Part shown: positions 25,800 through 38,427 of the stretch, piece after piece
Position numbering within the stretch: position 1 is the first letter of the stretch
How the letters are laid out: every line of letters begins with the position of its first letter
DNA from: Paraspadella gotoi
Taxonomy: Eukaryota; Animalia; Chaetognatha
Assembly (NCBI GenBank): GCA_051294375.1
Contig: CM119266.1
Coordinates: 23,322,590 to 23,386,412 of the forward strand
Reading direction: 5' to 3'
DNA: 63,823 bases
Position numbers and translations under genes: made by a program
The notes under the pieces: generated by a model
What the model was told of the DNA's origin: nothing
The model's database searches: none
Seen by the model: the letters and a program-made list of their open reading frames with translations, nothing else

Positions 25800-27260
25800 T
25801 AGAGCTGGAAATAAGGGCGAGCAAGAGAGAGTCAAATTGCAAAGCAAAGTAATTTAATAAAGAGATTTAGCCAAATCATTTTCTTCAATATGTCTTCCCT
25901 TTATCAGAGATCATTTAATTAAGTTGAATGTATAACTAACTGTACCTTTCACAATGAAAATCGAGCATTGATTTGTAAGTCACGCTTAATATACAAATTT
26001 CATTAACAAATTGTTTTAATCGTATAAATTTTTTACCGTCTTTAATAAGGCGTAGTGAAAGTTGCAGGTCAAAATTCGAATAGTTGTTCATGAACAGTCT
26101 TGTACTAAAGAACATTGATATACAAAATTTTTTTTTTAAATTTCTCAATTTTCGCATACGCCCATATTTATACTATTTTTTTAAAAAACGATATTTTTTT
26201 TGTAATTTAAATTATAAGTTAACGATAACAGTGTTTTAGGATTTTGACCCACTTAATGAAATAATTTTCTAAACAGAGTTATATATCGAATTCGAATCTT
26301 CTTTCAAAAATAAGAAAGAACCATTTTAAATTTTTAACATTTTCTATGGCGAGTACTATGTATAAATTTGGACGTAGGCGAAAATTGAAAATTTATTTAA
26401 AATGGTTCACATGTACAAGCCTGTTCATGAGCTACTATTCGAATTTTCATTCAACTTGATTATAATATTTTTAGTCTTTAACCTTGCGTCGAATAACCGC
26501 AAATTCGAACCTGCATTTGTAAATTTAAAACTCGATGTTTTTTTATAAAAATAATAAGAGTTTTGAAGAAGAATTTCGGTTTGTTGAAAAAAATGATTTA
26601 AAATTATATCGTTTAGCAAAACAAAGAAAATGACAATAAAGAGTAAAAAATAATAAACCAATACTAAATTATGAGGTAAATATTTTTACTTTTCACCAAG
26701 TTTCCCGCTTTCTTTTTCCCTTCAGTCTTTCGTATCTTCCTCCCTCTCTCTCTCTTTTAACTTTGTCATAAATCATGCATTGATAGTCTTTTTTTTTTGC
26801 GCGCCCTCTTTGGCAGACGAAGAGAGTTTAAAAAGCGTCAATGATGACAAAAGCGCATGAAAAGAGAAAGAGGAAAGATACGATTGGAGAGGAAAAATGC
26901 GGAAGGGTTATTCCTATTCTTTCTCTCTTTTCTTTCTTTTCTTTTCTCTCTCTCTCTTCATGAAGTTTCCCTTTATATTTCAACCCTCGTTACTTTCATG
27001 GGAACATCAAAACAGATTCGCAAAGGAAGATAGAAATGAGGGGTAGTGGGGATTCGACGGAGTCTAAAGTCAAAGCTCACCGCGGAGGAAAAAAGGGGGA
27101 AAAGAGAAAAGAAGAGGAAAAAGAAAAGAGCATCGCTCGTGATTTATCGGCTCGGCCATTCGACGGCAAAGATGTGGGAGAAATTGGGTCAAATCGAGGG
27201 AAGGGGATGCGAGATAGCAGGCGACGCAACCGCGTGTGCATCACAAAAGGCAGAGAGAGA

Positions 27261-27302
<42 letters not shown>

Positions 27303-27450
27303 AGAGAGAGAGAGAGAGAGAGACGAGGAGAGAGAGGAGAGAGAGAGAGAGAGAGTCTGCTTAGCTCGCGCGGACCCAAAAATCGAGCTCACGTTTCGCG
27401 CGTTCGTTTCTAGCGCGTTCGCTCTCTCTCTCTCTCCTCTCTTCTCTCTC

Positions 27451-27481
<31 letters not shown>

Positions 27482-27925
27482 TCTCTCTCTCTCTCTTCTC
27501 TCTCTTCTCTCGCTCGCTCGCTAGCTTTCGCGTGAGTGGCTGTCGTCTCGGTTGACAAAGTGCGTCTCTGCGCGTTTCGTCGCACGAGCTACGCACCGGA
27601 AGTGGAGATAAGGAGAAGAGATGTAGAAGAGAGCAGAAGAAGAGAGAGAGAGAGAGGAGAGGAGAGGGAAGAGAGAGAGAGGAGAGAGAGGAGAGAGGAG
27701 AGAGAAGAGAGAGTAGAGTGTTGGTTGATCATTTGCTTTGCCGTAAAACGTCGAAAACCTTGTTCTTGTCCTGACTAAATTGTATATTATGCTATAAGAT
27801 ATATAAAAATGGACCGACAAGAAAAAATTTTACTATATAATTTTTAATACTAAATATTCAAGTAATAAACTTAGCTCATCCCCGGAAGTCCTGACCTCCG
27901 TTGTAATTTTGTTTCTCCTCTCTCT

Positions 27926-27972
<47 letters not shown>

Positions 27973-28218
27973 TCTCTCTCTCTCTCTCGTCTCTCGTCCG
28001 TCTCTCAATAACNNNNNNNNNNNNNNNNNNNNNNNNNNNNNNNNNNNNNNNNNNNNNNNNNNNNNNNNNNNNNNNNNNNNNNNNNNNNNNNNNNNNNNNN
28101 NNNNNNNNNNNNNNNNNNNNNNNNNNNNNNNNNNNNNNNNNNNNNNNNNNNNNNNNNNNNNNNNNNNNNNNNNNNNNNNNNNNNNNNNNNNNNNNNNNNN
28201 NNNNNNNNNNNNNNNNNN

Positions 28219-28311
28219 CGAGCCGATAAATCACGGACGATGCTCTTTTCTTTTTCTCTTCTTTTCTCTTTTTCCCCCTTTTTCCTTCGCGGTTTGACTT
28301 TGACTCTCGAC
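28219..28311 (-). repeat. Short inverted copy of 27055-27155, next to an N gap
   Basis: CGAGCCGATAAATCACG...GATGCTCTTTTC is the reverse complement of GAAAAGAGCATC...CGTGATTTATCGGCTCG. Confidence 0.85.
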
Positions 28312-30656
28312 GTTCAGTTTCTTTTGTGAATTCGTCCTGTGTGGTCTTGCCACGGAGCCCACGTCACTCTCACTGTCGTTTTCTGACTGATCTTTGACAT
28401 TGAAACTGAACAGTCGGCCTTGGGCTGGTTTTCATTTCGGTTGCGAGGTTAATTGTTAAATTGATCTTACAAGATAGCTGGAAGAGAGTCAGAAATCCAT
28501 TCAATCTAACTAAAATCATCTGTTCAAAAAGGAAGTACTTGTTTAACTTATAAAATACCAGTTTGCGAAGATATAATCTCTATCCAATATTCTCTTTCTT
28601 CCACTCAGACAATCTGGGCCAACCACGTTGAAGAGGTCCAAACCGATTTCTCAAACACCCCTTCCTCACTTTTTATGGCGATTTGCTCGACCTTNNNNNN
28701 NNNNTATCTGACGAAAGCAGAGAGAAAATATTTCACTCATTCCACCACCTGATTTTGTTATCTGTTCNNNNNNNNNNNNNNNNNNNNNNNNNNNNNNNNN
28801 NNNNNNNNNNNNNNNNNNNNNNNNNNNNNNNNNNNNNNNNNNNNNNNNNNNNNNNNNNNNNNNNNNNNNNNNNNNNNNNNNNNNNNNNNNNNNNNNNNNN
28901 NNNNNNNNNNNNNNNNNNNNNNNNNNNNNNNNNNNNNNNNNNNNNNNNNNNNNNNNNNNNNNNNNNNNNNNNNNNNNNNNNNNNNNNNNNNNNNNNNNNN
29001 NNNNNNNNNNNNNNNNNCACCGCCTCTCACCGCCGCCGCCGCCAACGGCCGAGCTCTGACACACACACAAGCTCAAACAAAAGGATTTCATCCACGACGA
29101 TGCCAGGAAACCTGAAAACCAATCAGCGATTAGGACGAGAGAGGATGAGCCAATGAGAGGCCAAGGACGAGGTCAAACGTGTCACCCGGACGCGGGACAA
29201 GATCAAGGGAGGACGCGGAGGGGGCGCGGCGGATGGAGACGAAACGAGAGGAGCGAAGAAGACGAAGGGGAGGAATAAATGTGACGAAAATAATCGACGA
29301 TTCGGGCGAACGAAGATTTTTATTTTTAGATGGGGAGACGCATTTACCAAAAGAAAAATCATAATTTTTCGTTTAATCAATAGATCACAAATTTATTGTC
29401 AGCGTAGGAGCGAATTAAGAAACAAAGGGTTCTAAGTTATAACGTACTTACTTTTACATTTAATGCTTTAGTCTATCAAAGTTTCATTATCTCTTTTTCG
29501 TAAAACTCTGATTATGTACGTAATAATGTATCCAATGACAGAAACACTTGACTGGGTAGACTTAAGGATTTGCTGAGAGAAACGGAAAACCGTCTTAATA
29601 GTGAATCAGACCAACTGAGTTTAGTTTGCATATCCGACTTATCCGTTTTTGCTCAATTGGTTGGTCAACTTTTTGAATTCCGTTCCTCATATTTTAGAGT
29701 ATTTGGTTTTTTTAGTTGTTTTCAATTTATTTTAGCGTATTCTTTGTGATTAGTTTGTTTAAGTCTGTCTACTTATTTATTAAATTTACNNNNNNNNNNN
29801 NNNNNNNNNNNNNNNNNNNNNNNNNNNNNNNNNNNNNNNNNNNNNNNNNNNNNNNNNNNNNNNNNNNNNNNNNNNNNNNNNNNNNNNNNNNNNNNNNNNN
29901 NNNNNNNNNNNNNNNNNNNNNNNNNNNNNNNNNNNNNNNNNNNNNNNNNNNNNNNNNNNNNNNNNNNNNNNNNNNNNNNNNNNNNNNNNNNNNNNNNNNN
30001 NNNNNNNNNNNNNNNNNNNNNNNNNNNNNNNNNNNNNNNNNNNNNNNNNNNNNNNNNNNNNNNNNNNNNNNNNNNNNNNNNNNNNNNNNNNNNNNNNNNN
30101 NNNNNNNNNNNNNNNNNNNNNNNNNNNNNNNNNNNNNNNNNNNNNNNNNNNNNNNNNAAAATTGTGAATTGTCAAAAGCACTGATGAAGGCTTGAATAAA
30201 ACCGAAACTTGTCTGTACAATAAAAATAAAATCGTTGCTGTATCAAGACTTTGTCTTTAATTTAAAATAGCGTATTCTTTGTAGTTTTTTTTCCCACTTA
30301 TTTTCACGTTTATTTAGCGTTATTTTATCAGGTTATGTAGTTTAATTGTTCCATAAAAACTTTTTTTTTTCCATTTCTTGGTAATATAACCTTTAACATT
30401 CTATTCCTACCATGAAAAAAGCTACAATTCCTTATTTTTTAATCATTTCTATTTTGAGCCCCTGACTACAAATTGCACGGTCACAACCGGCGGGCGGCGG
30501 CGGCATCCACCTCTGCTCTCGGTCAACCGCGCGACCAAAGGGTTTGTTTACAAAAGCCGATACCGACGACGACGACGACGACGATAATTAGGACGACAAC
30601 GACGTCGGCTTTAACCTCGAGTGATAAATGAGAAAAAAGAATTTCATAACAGAAAG

Positions 30657-30701
<45 letters not shown>

Positions 30702-30932
30702 TGTATGGGTCTCCTTTTTTCGTTTATCTTTGGTCAACGTGACAGAGTGACAAATGTCGACGTTGGTCGAGACGTCGGCAACGATGACGATGAAGGAAGA
30801 GATGGTGACGATTGCGTCAACGGGATAAAAGTTTAAATTATATTTTAGCTAAAAAAATACTATTGTCAATATTCATCTCAGACCTAATGTACGAAAACGC
30901 TTGAACTTTGATTCTCATTTCGATTTTGTTAC

Positions 30933-31046
<114 letters not shown>

Positions 31047-31396
31047 TTCCCATAATTCAAAATCTCTCGAGCGATTCAAGGAGGCATGAAATAATTCTCT
31101 CTCTGTCTCTCTCGTTCTCTCTCTGGCCTTCGAGTTGATGAGTTTAAAAAACTGATTTATGGTTCGGAATTTTAAAGCATGTTTAAAGGTTAATTCTTTC
31201 TTTTTTATTTGGTAAATTATTACATAGACATTTAATTTGCTCGGAGGAGCAGTAAATAATATTTTATTGAGTTTATTAATATATTTGTAAAGTTATATAG
31301 ATTAGGTACGTAACTCGTCGTCATAATTAAACAACTTCTACTTTCAATTAAAAAAGACTTTATAGAGTTCTATAAAAAATATTTGTAATTTATATG

Positions 31397-31448
<52 letters not shown>

Positions 31449-33539
31449 CGTAAGTCATGTCGTCGTTTTTTTCTCTGTTCGAAGCGAATAAAAAAAATCT
31501 GCGAGGCAAAAAAATTCATTTTTGCTGAAAACATTGACGCTACACAAAAAAAATGGGAGGCTTTCGACGGCGCCTGAAGGATTAACGCAGGAAAGAAAGA
31601 GAGATAGAGAGATAGACATAGAAAGTGAGCGAGACGAGCTCGCGACCGAAAATCAACATGAGAACATCGGCGGAGTCCGTAGCGACCTCTATCGAGTAGC
31701 CGAGAAACGATAGCGATTTTCATCCAAGCTGCGCGGTTTTGCCAAAAGAGCGAGTCTCGCGGTAGGTGTTAAACTGCTAATAACAAATGAACACCAGACG
31801 TCGAGAATTTTTTAAAAATCTACTCTATTTAATGTTATCAATATTGCTTTAACAATAAATTATTTTAAAGTATTTTTTTCTATATAAATTTATAACACAA
31901 GAAATTGAAAAGTTTTTCTTCCTTAACTCATAACTCATAACTCGTATCATAAACTATGACTTTTTAGTGCTTACAGCAATAAATCCAACATTTTTTTTCT
32001 GGAAAATTGTTTCGTTGTACGTAAATATTTTTGAAATTTAAAACTCCAATCTGCTTGTCTAATCTTACGTTGTAATCTTTTATCCTTAATTAAACTTATC
32101 TCCGATTCTTTCTCAAGTAAGACTTATTTATTTTTTCATTTATTTGTTATCCTTTTCCTTCTAAGGCCTTCCTCCCTCCCAGGTCTTCCTCTCTCTTCTC
32201 CCCTCTTCCTCATCCCCCGTTCACTTCCATTCCCCCCCCCGGCGCCACGGGAGATATTCTTCTTCCTCGCTTTTTCTGTGGTTGCGCTTTTATCAGTTTT
32301 ATGGTTTTCTCAAAAGCCCCCTGAAGGGCGAGAATAAAACAAAATACCAATGAAAAAAAAAGGTGCGAAAAAAAAGAAAAAAGCCACGTGAAGAGGCTTT
32401 TATGAGAAATTGAAAGGAAATTACAAGATTTTTTTCCATTTTTATCATTAACAAGGCCTGTTAATTGTTACTTCACCCTTTCTAATATTATGATATAATC
32501 CTAAGCGAGGAACGTGCTTCTTTTCTCTCGCTAAACTGCTCTTTAGACAAATTGTTAAAAGTTTTACGTTATTAAAAACACATGACATTTTTAATTTTGT
32601 CTAATTAATTATCAAACATATTACTGGAAGTTCTTTACATTTTGCGATTTTGCAACAAAAGTGTTAAAAATGTTCCTTGGTCCCAGATCAGAAAAAGATA
32701 ATGCCTTCCCGAGCCGACCCAGAAATATTTTCGCGATAAATATTCAAAAGTCGTCCCTCACTCAGCAGTTGATTCGAATAACATCCTCTCGCCAAACCGC
32801 TTCGTGATTCGCCTCCCACGATCAGACCATCTCCCAACGCTCTCCCAACCCCCAAAACCGCAGAATCACCGCCACCTCCCCCCCTTGTCACCCCCACTCG
32901 ATTCCGTGAGACTTGGCAGACTGGAAAAAATTTATCGCTACCCTTTATAAATCACGTTAATGGCCGGTGGGATTATTCAATTGTAGTTATGCAGAAAATG
33001 GTTGGCCACCACGGATTGGGAGACGGATAAAGGGGCGGAGAAAGGAGCTCTCTCTCTCTCTCTCTCNNNNNNNNNNNNNNNNNNNNNNNCTCTCCACCCA
33101 GGCCATATTCGAGGACGGAGTGACATAAGGTGTTGCCTCATCGGTCGAGGCCGTGAGGAGCGAGGGAGCGGCGGCGGCTGTCTGGCCCGCGGGTCGGAGA
33201 GGGAAGGGAACGGGGAAGAGAAACGGGGAGGGGGGCGTGGGGTCAAACCCAAGCCAATGACCGAGACGCAGATTTTCAGATCAGTCGATTTCGATGACTT
33301 TGTTTCGGGGGTCGCGATTTACGCAATTTGCGTATTTTGATTTTCGTGTGAATTTATTAAATTTTATTGATATTTAATAAAGGGTAATTATTTAAATATT
33401 TAATATTATACATTGATTTTGTTATTGACTTGAATTATCTATTTCGATGAAAAATCGCGTTCACCGTCCTTGGCGGTAACTATGGCATCTCTCTCTCTCT
33501 CTCTCTCTACTCTCTCTCTCTCCTTCTCTCTCTCTCTCT

Positions 33540-33578
<39 letters not shown>

Positions 33579-33619
33579 CTTCTCTGTACTTTCCTTCTGT
33601 GCTCTCCTTCTCCCTATCT

Positions 33620-33666
<47 letters not shown>

Positions 33667-33760
33667 ACGAGACGTAACCAGACGAAACTTCATTTCTCAT
33701 TTCCATCTACAAGATCGACGGTGAGACGGACGCGATCTCTCGTTTGAGAATCGCCTCGGT

Positions 33761-33802
33761 AATTGGCCGATCACGTGACGAGGTCACGTGACGAACCCAA
33801 TT
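33761..33802. promoter_or_regulatory. Symmetric CCAAT / E-box / E-box / CCAAT module
   Basis: AATTGG-N5-CACGTG-N7-CACGTG-N6-CCAATT. Function is inferred. Confidence 0.45.
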
Positions 33803-34922
33803 CGCGCGTCATTGAAGGATTTATGAGAAATCAGTTCAAAAGATTAGAGCCGAAATTAATGGTAGAGACTGGAGAGGCTTTGACTTAAAAAAAAAAAATT
33901 CTTATTCACAATGCGCTGAAGACGAATCGAAACAGTTCGTCTAACAATAAAACTCACTTGATATAAAAGGTTGAATTAATTTACTGAAAATTAAACGACT
34001 GAAACTAAAACACGCCACAAAAAAACTCCAATTTTAGACAACTGTTGATTTGCTTCGATTTTGTCAAAACTTATTTGCAATTGTTTGATTTCAACGTTTC
34101 TGACTCATGATTAAAGATGAAAGAGGATGATTCTCAGCCTCTTTAACGTCTGGCTGAGGGGAGAGGGTCGACCCGATTGAACTTGACCCTTCGATCCTCG
34201 ACGGACGGTTTGATCGATCGATCGACGCTTCTCGGCAGATCGGGCTCGGAATTTTGGCGGTTGGCTTTTTTTACTAGAATATTTAAATATACTACATACA
34301 TATGTAAATAATTGTAAACTGTTATTTTTGCTTTACTATTCAAGCCTAAAAATCCAACCGCAAAGCTCAATGTAGATTTTCGACCCAGATTAATTCTCAA
34401 CAGATTCATCCTATTTTTGCAAAAATCTCCCTTACTATGTATTCGTATCGATTCCCACATAACCAATCAACCGTAATCGTCCTGTCCAAACATACTGTCC
34501 TCTTATTGACGATCGTCTTGAAACCTTTCGTCAACCGAGTATCCGCGATGCTTCTACTTCTGTTTTTCGACCAATCACAGAACTTCTTCCTCGATCCTCG
34601 TCTCCGATTGGTCCTGGTCTCATCGATCAATTTCTCGCCGCAGTCAACGAACCGCGTTCTCTAATCGAAGTCCAGACGTCTAGACGGATCGCCTCTCATC
34701 GACCAAAAACGGGAAAAAGGGGTGAAAAAGGCGAGACTTTGGGGGTCAGACTTGTGTAACTAATGATTCCGAGGCCTCGAGGCAACTCGCCCGCGAGGGG
34801 CTGACGACGACGACGACGAAAAAGAAGACGATGACGTGGTCCGTCGAGCACGAGGCTTTCTTCAATATTTGAGTGGTCCGAGTGTCTCAGTCTCTCGTCT
34901 CTCTCCGATCACTTTTCCGACT

Positions 34923-34924
<2 letters not shown>

Positions 34925-34967
<43 letters not shown>

Positions 34968-35852
34968 GTAATCGGAGTGTGATTCAAGGTTACTTTCATT
35001 TCGTTCATGATTTTTGACCCAAAACCTCGAAGTGGTGAACTCAATGTTTGTGAGATGGCAGCCAACAAGAAATCCCAGACACGAAATGGCATTGGAATGA
35101 GGAAATCACAAATAATTTCCCAACATCAATGGACAATACATTTGAGGGCAAAATGACTGAAAACAAAGAAGAAAATTTTCAGAAAAAAGTGTTAGCGATA
35201 CTAGTCATAATACATTAAATCAAAACACAATTTTTGAAAAGTTGACCCAGAAAAACTAGACATTTTCTACTTTTTTCTTTTATACTTTTAATTGCAGAAA
35301 GTCTCCTGATAAACTTAAATGTCATAAAGTAGTTAAAGAAGGCAGTAAAGAACGGAGGAAATTAGGAAATCGTTCCGTTAACCTTGAGGAGCGAAAACGA
35401 CGCATTGTTTTTGTTTTTTCTTTTCTCTCACAACGAAGATCTCGTTTCAGGTCGTTTGCTCGAGTCGGAAAATACTACTTGGGAAAGAAGGGGGGAAAAC
35501 TTCTCCCGCGATGAACCTTAAAAAACCATTTCTCGCCGATTGTTCGTGTTGAAGTAACTAAAACAAAATTGAAAGCTCGTTATATCTATTATGCGATGAC
35601 ATTGACATTCACTGGTTTTAGTAGTATCTTGTGCAATGTAGAATAAAGATCCTTTCTCACCCCGTAAAACTTTCAATGCGAAAATATACTAAACACGGTT
35701 TCCACTGTAGAAAAAACAACTGATTTCATTAGGAGCTTTTTACAACGCCCCCGAATCTCCCCCTCCTTTAGTTCTCGTTTTGTCAGAGAAAAATAAGAAG
35801 ACGGCTTTAGATGCTATCAGTAGCATCATTAGTGAAGATTTGTGCCAGAGCC

Positions 35853-35948
<96 letters not shown>

Positions 35949-36549
35949 GAGAAAGAAACAGAGAAAATAAAAGTTTGTAGATTGAAACGCTGAACACAAA
36001 AGGCAGGCATCAAGAAACCATTAGGCAGAATCTACTGATGCTTCTTCTTTCCCTCCATCGCAGCAAAAGAGAATCAAATTCGATTTGAACATCTGCCAAA
36101 AGAAAAAAAGAAAAGAAGAAGAGAAAAGAAGAAAAGAGAGGAGAGAGAGAGAAGAATTCCATGGGCTTCTTGGAACGACCTTGTAATCGCGTTATAAAAT
36201 AAAGATCGATTTCCCGAGGAGATTTCTTATTTCTTTACTCTCTTCCTATACTTTTTTTATTAAAACGTTTTTACTCTTCCAACTTTTTAAATGATAAATT
36301 AACATTAATTAGTTTTCAAAAGTTATGTTCACAAAAAGTAATCAAACGCCCGATCGATTTTATAATATAAATCTTTGTTCCCATTAAGAAATCGGTGTTC
36401 AACGAACAAAATTCTAAATTTTCCTTCTCAATCTTTCTTTCTCGCCTCATTTCGTATTTATGCCATTTTCTCCTTTTCCTTTTCTGCATTTCATTCCACT
36501 TTTCTCTCTCGCGATCGTTTTTTCACTCTCCGTCCATCCATCCATCCAT

Positions 36550-36582
<33 letters not shown>

Positions 36583-38358
36583 ATTCTTTTCCATCATCTT
36601 TTCTTCCACTTAGATCCTTCACGCGACGGAAATGATAAGGAGGATGAAAAATAGGCTTTCGAGTTCCACCACGCCCACTTCCGGCCGATCACGTGATGCG
36701 GGGCGGTAAGCCTTCCATCTTCCGCGCTAACCATCGCTTTGTCATTTTTTCTTCGTTTTTTTTTTCAATGACTGGATTATAAATATAATATAATATAATA
36801 TAATATATATAATATATAAACTTTTTCCCTCGACTTATTCATCGGAGGTTTTTCGACGCACATCAATTTTGAAAAATATTGTATATTAATATTTGCATCA
36901 TTGGCGAATAAAATATGGGCGGTATCAAAACTTAAATATTATCCCCCGACATAGTAATTAGTAAGTGACAAGCGTAACTGTCTATTTTATCTTTAAATTT
37001 TTTTTTTTCCAAATTCCGATGTAAAACTTCTCTCTCCCCTCCCAGCGGTTAGTTTTTGAGCTCACCAGTTCCCAGGTTCCGTCGATACTTTGAAAATGCG
37101 ACTCACGTCTTTCTCGACTCAGTCACGGCCTCTAACNNNNNNNNNNNNNNNNNNNNNNNNNNNNNNNNNNNNNNNNNNNNNNNNNNNNNNNNNNNNNNNN
37201 NNNNNNNNNNNNNNNNNNNNNNNNNNNNNNNNNNNNNNNNNNNNNNNNNNNNNNNNNNNNNNNNNNNNNNNNNNNNNNNNNNNNNNNNNNNNNNNNNNNN
37301 NNNNNNNNNNNNNNNNNNCCGCCGCAGCCTTTCACCCCCCCTTCCTCCTATCCATGTTTCTATTGAAAAAACAGCGGTGGAATTAATATGGTAGGGCTAA
37401 CGCGCTGGTTAATTTTCTTAAAAACAATCAATTTTGTATGATATGAATTAANNNNNNNNNNNNNNNNNNNNNNNNNNNNNNNNNNNNNNNNNNNNNNNNN
37501 NNNNNNNNNNNNNNNNNNNNNNNNNNNNNNNNNNNNNNNNNNNNNNNNNNNNNNNNNNNNNNNNNNNNNNNNNNNNNNNNNNNNNNNNNNNNNNNNNNNN
37601 NNNNNNNNNNNNNNNNNNNNNNNNNNNNNNNNNNNNNNNNNNNTCAATATTTATTTTTTGCGCAGACACGAAAACCGTCCCTTTCCCTGCTAGTGTCATG
37701 CGATCGAAAAGACATCATCGGGTGATCGTGTGTCATCCTACAGAACCATTCTCGTCCATCTGCAGGGGATACCGTGTCATTCACTCGGAGTATTTTTTTT
37801 TTCTTCAACCTGCCCGTACGAGTCTCATGCGAAGAATCGGTGATCTCTATCGATCTCTCGTCGCGAGTAAATTCCATCCCGATACAGGGATATAAATCAA
37901 AACTAGGACAGAATGAGAGAGCGAAAAAGAGCTNNNNNNNNNNNNNNNNNNNNNNNNNNNNNNNNNNNNNNNNNNNNNNNNNNNNNNNNNNNNNNNNNNN
38001 NNNNNNNNNNNNNNNNNNNNNNNNNNNNNNNNNNNNNNNNNNNNNNNNNNNNNNNNNNNNNNNNNNNNNNNNNNNNNNNNNNNNNNNNNNNNNNNNNNNN
38101 NNNNNNNNNNNNNNNNNNNNNNNNNNNNNNNNNNNNNNNNNNNNNNNNNNNNNNNNNNNNTATAATTTACTATTATTTTTCTCTCATCCTATGCTAAAAC
38201 AATTTATCTTTATTCAGTATCTTCATAAATTCAGTAGTTGAAAAAATGTTAAAATATTTAATTTTTTTTTAAAATTGAAAAAAAAAAGTTCTGACATTCG
38301 TCGGCCGAATCTCTTGATTTATTTCTACTGTATCCCGAAGGATGAGTTATTGCCGTAG
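34925..38358 (+). repeat. Inverted duplication 2, arm B
   Basis: Reverse complement of 38428-41590 (e.g. CCCAAAACCTCGAAGTGGTGAACTCAA vs TTGAGTTCACCACTTCGAGGTTTTGGG). Confidence 0.95.
36669..36706. promoter_or_regulatory. Compact KLF/Sp + ETS + E-box + GC-box module
   Basis: CCACGCCC 36669, ACTTCCGG 36677, CACGTG 36690 and GGGGCGG 36700 within 38 bp. Function is inferred. Confidence 0.45.
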
Positions 38359-38368
38359 CTCATCAGAC

Positions 38369-38402
<34 letters not shown>

Positions 38403-38427
38403 NNNNNNNNNNNNNNNNNNNNNNNNN

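Noticed and set aside
34178-34189. GGGTCA-AGTTCA direct repeat (DR0) on the minus strand as a possible retinoic acid response element
   Set aside because: A single DR0, with no DR2/DR5 noticed; insufficient to claim nuclear-receptor regulation.
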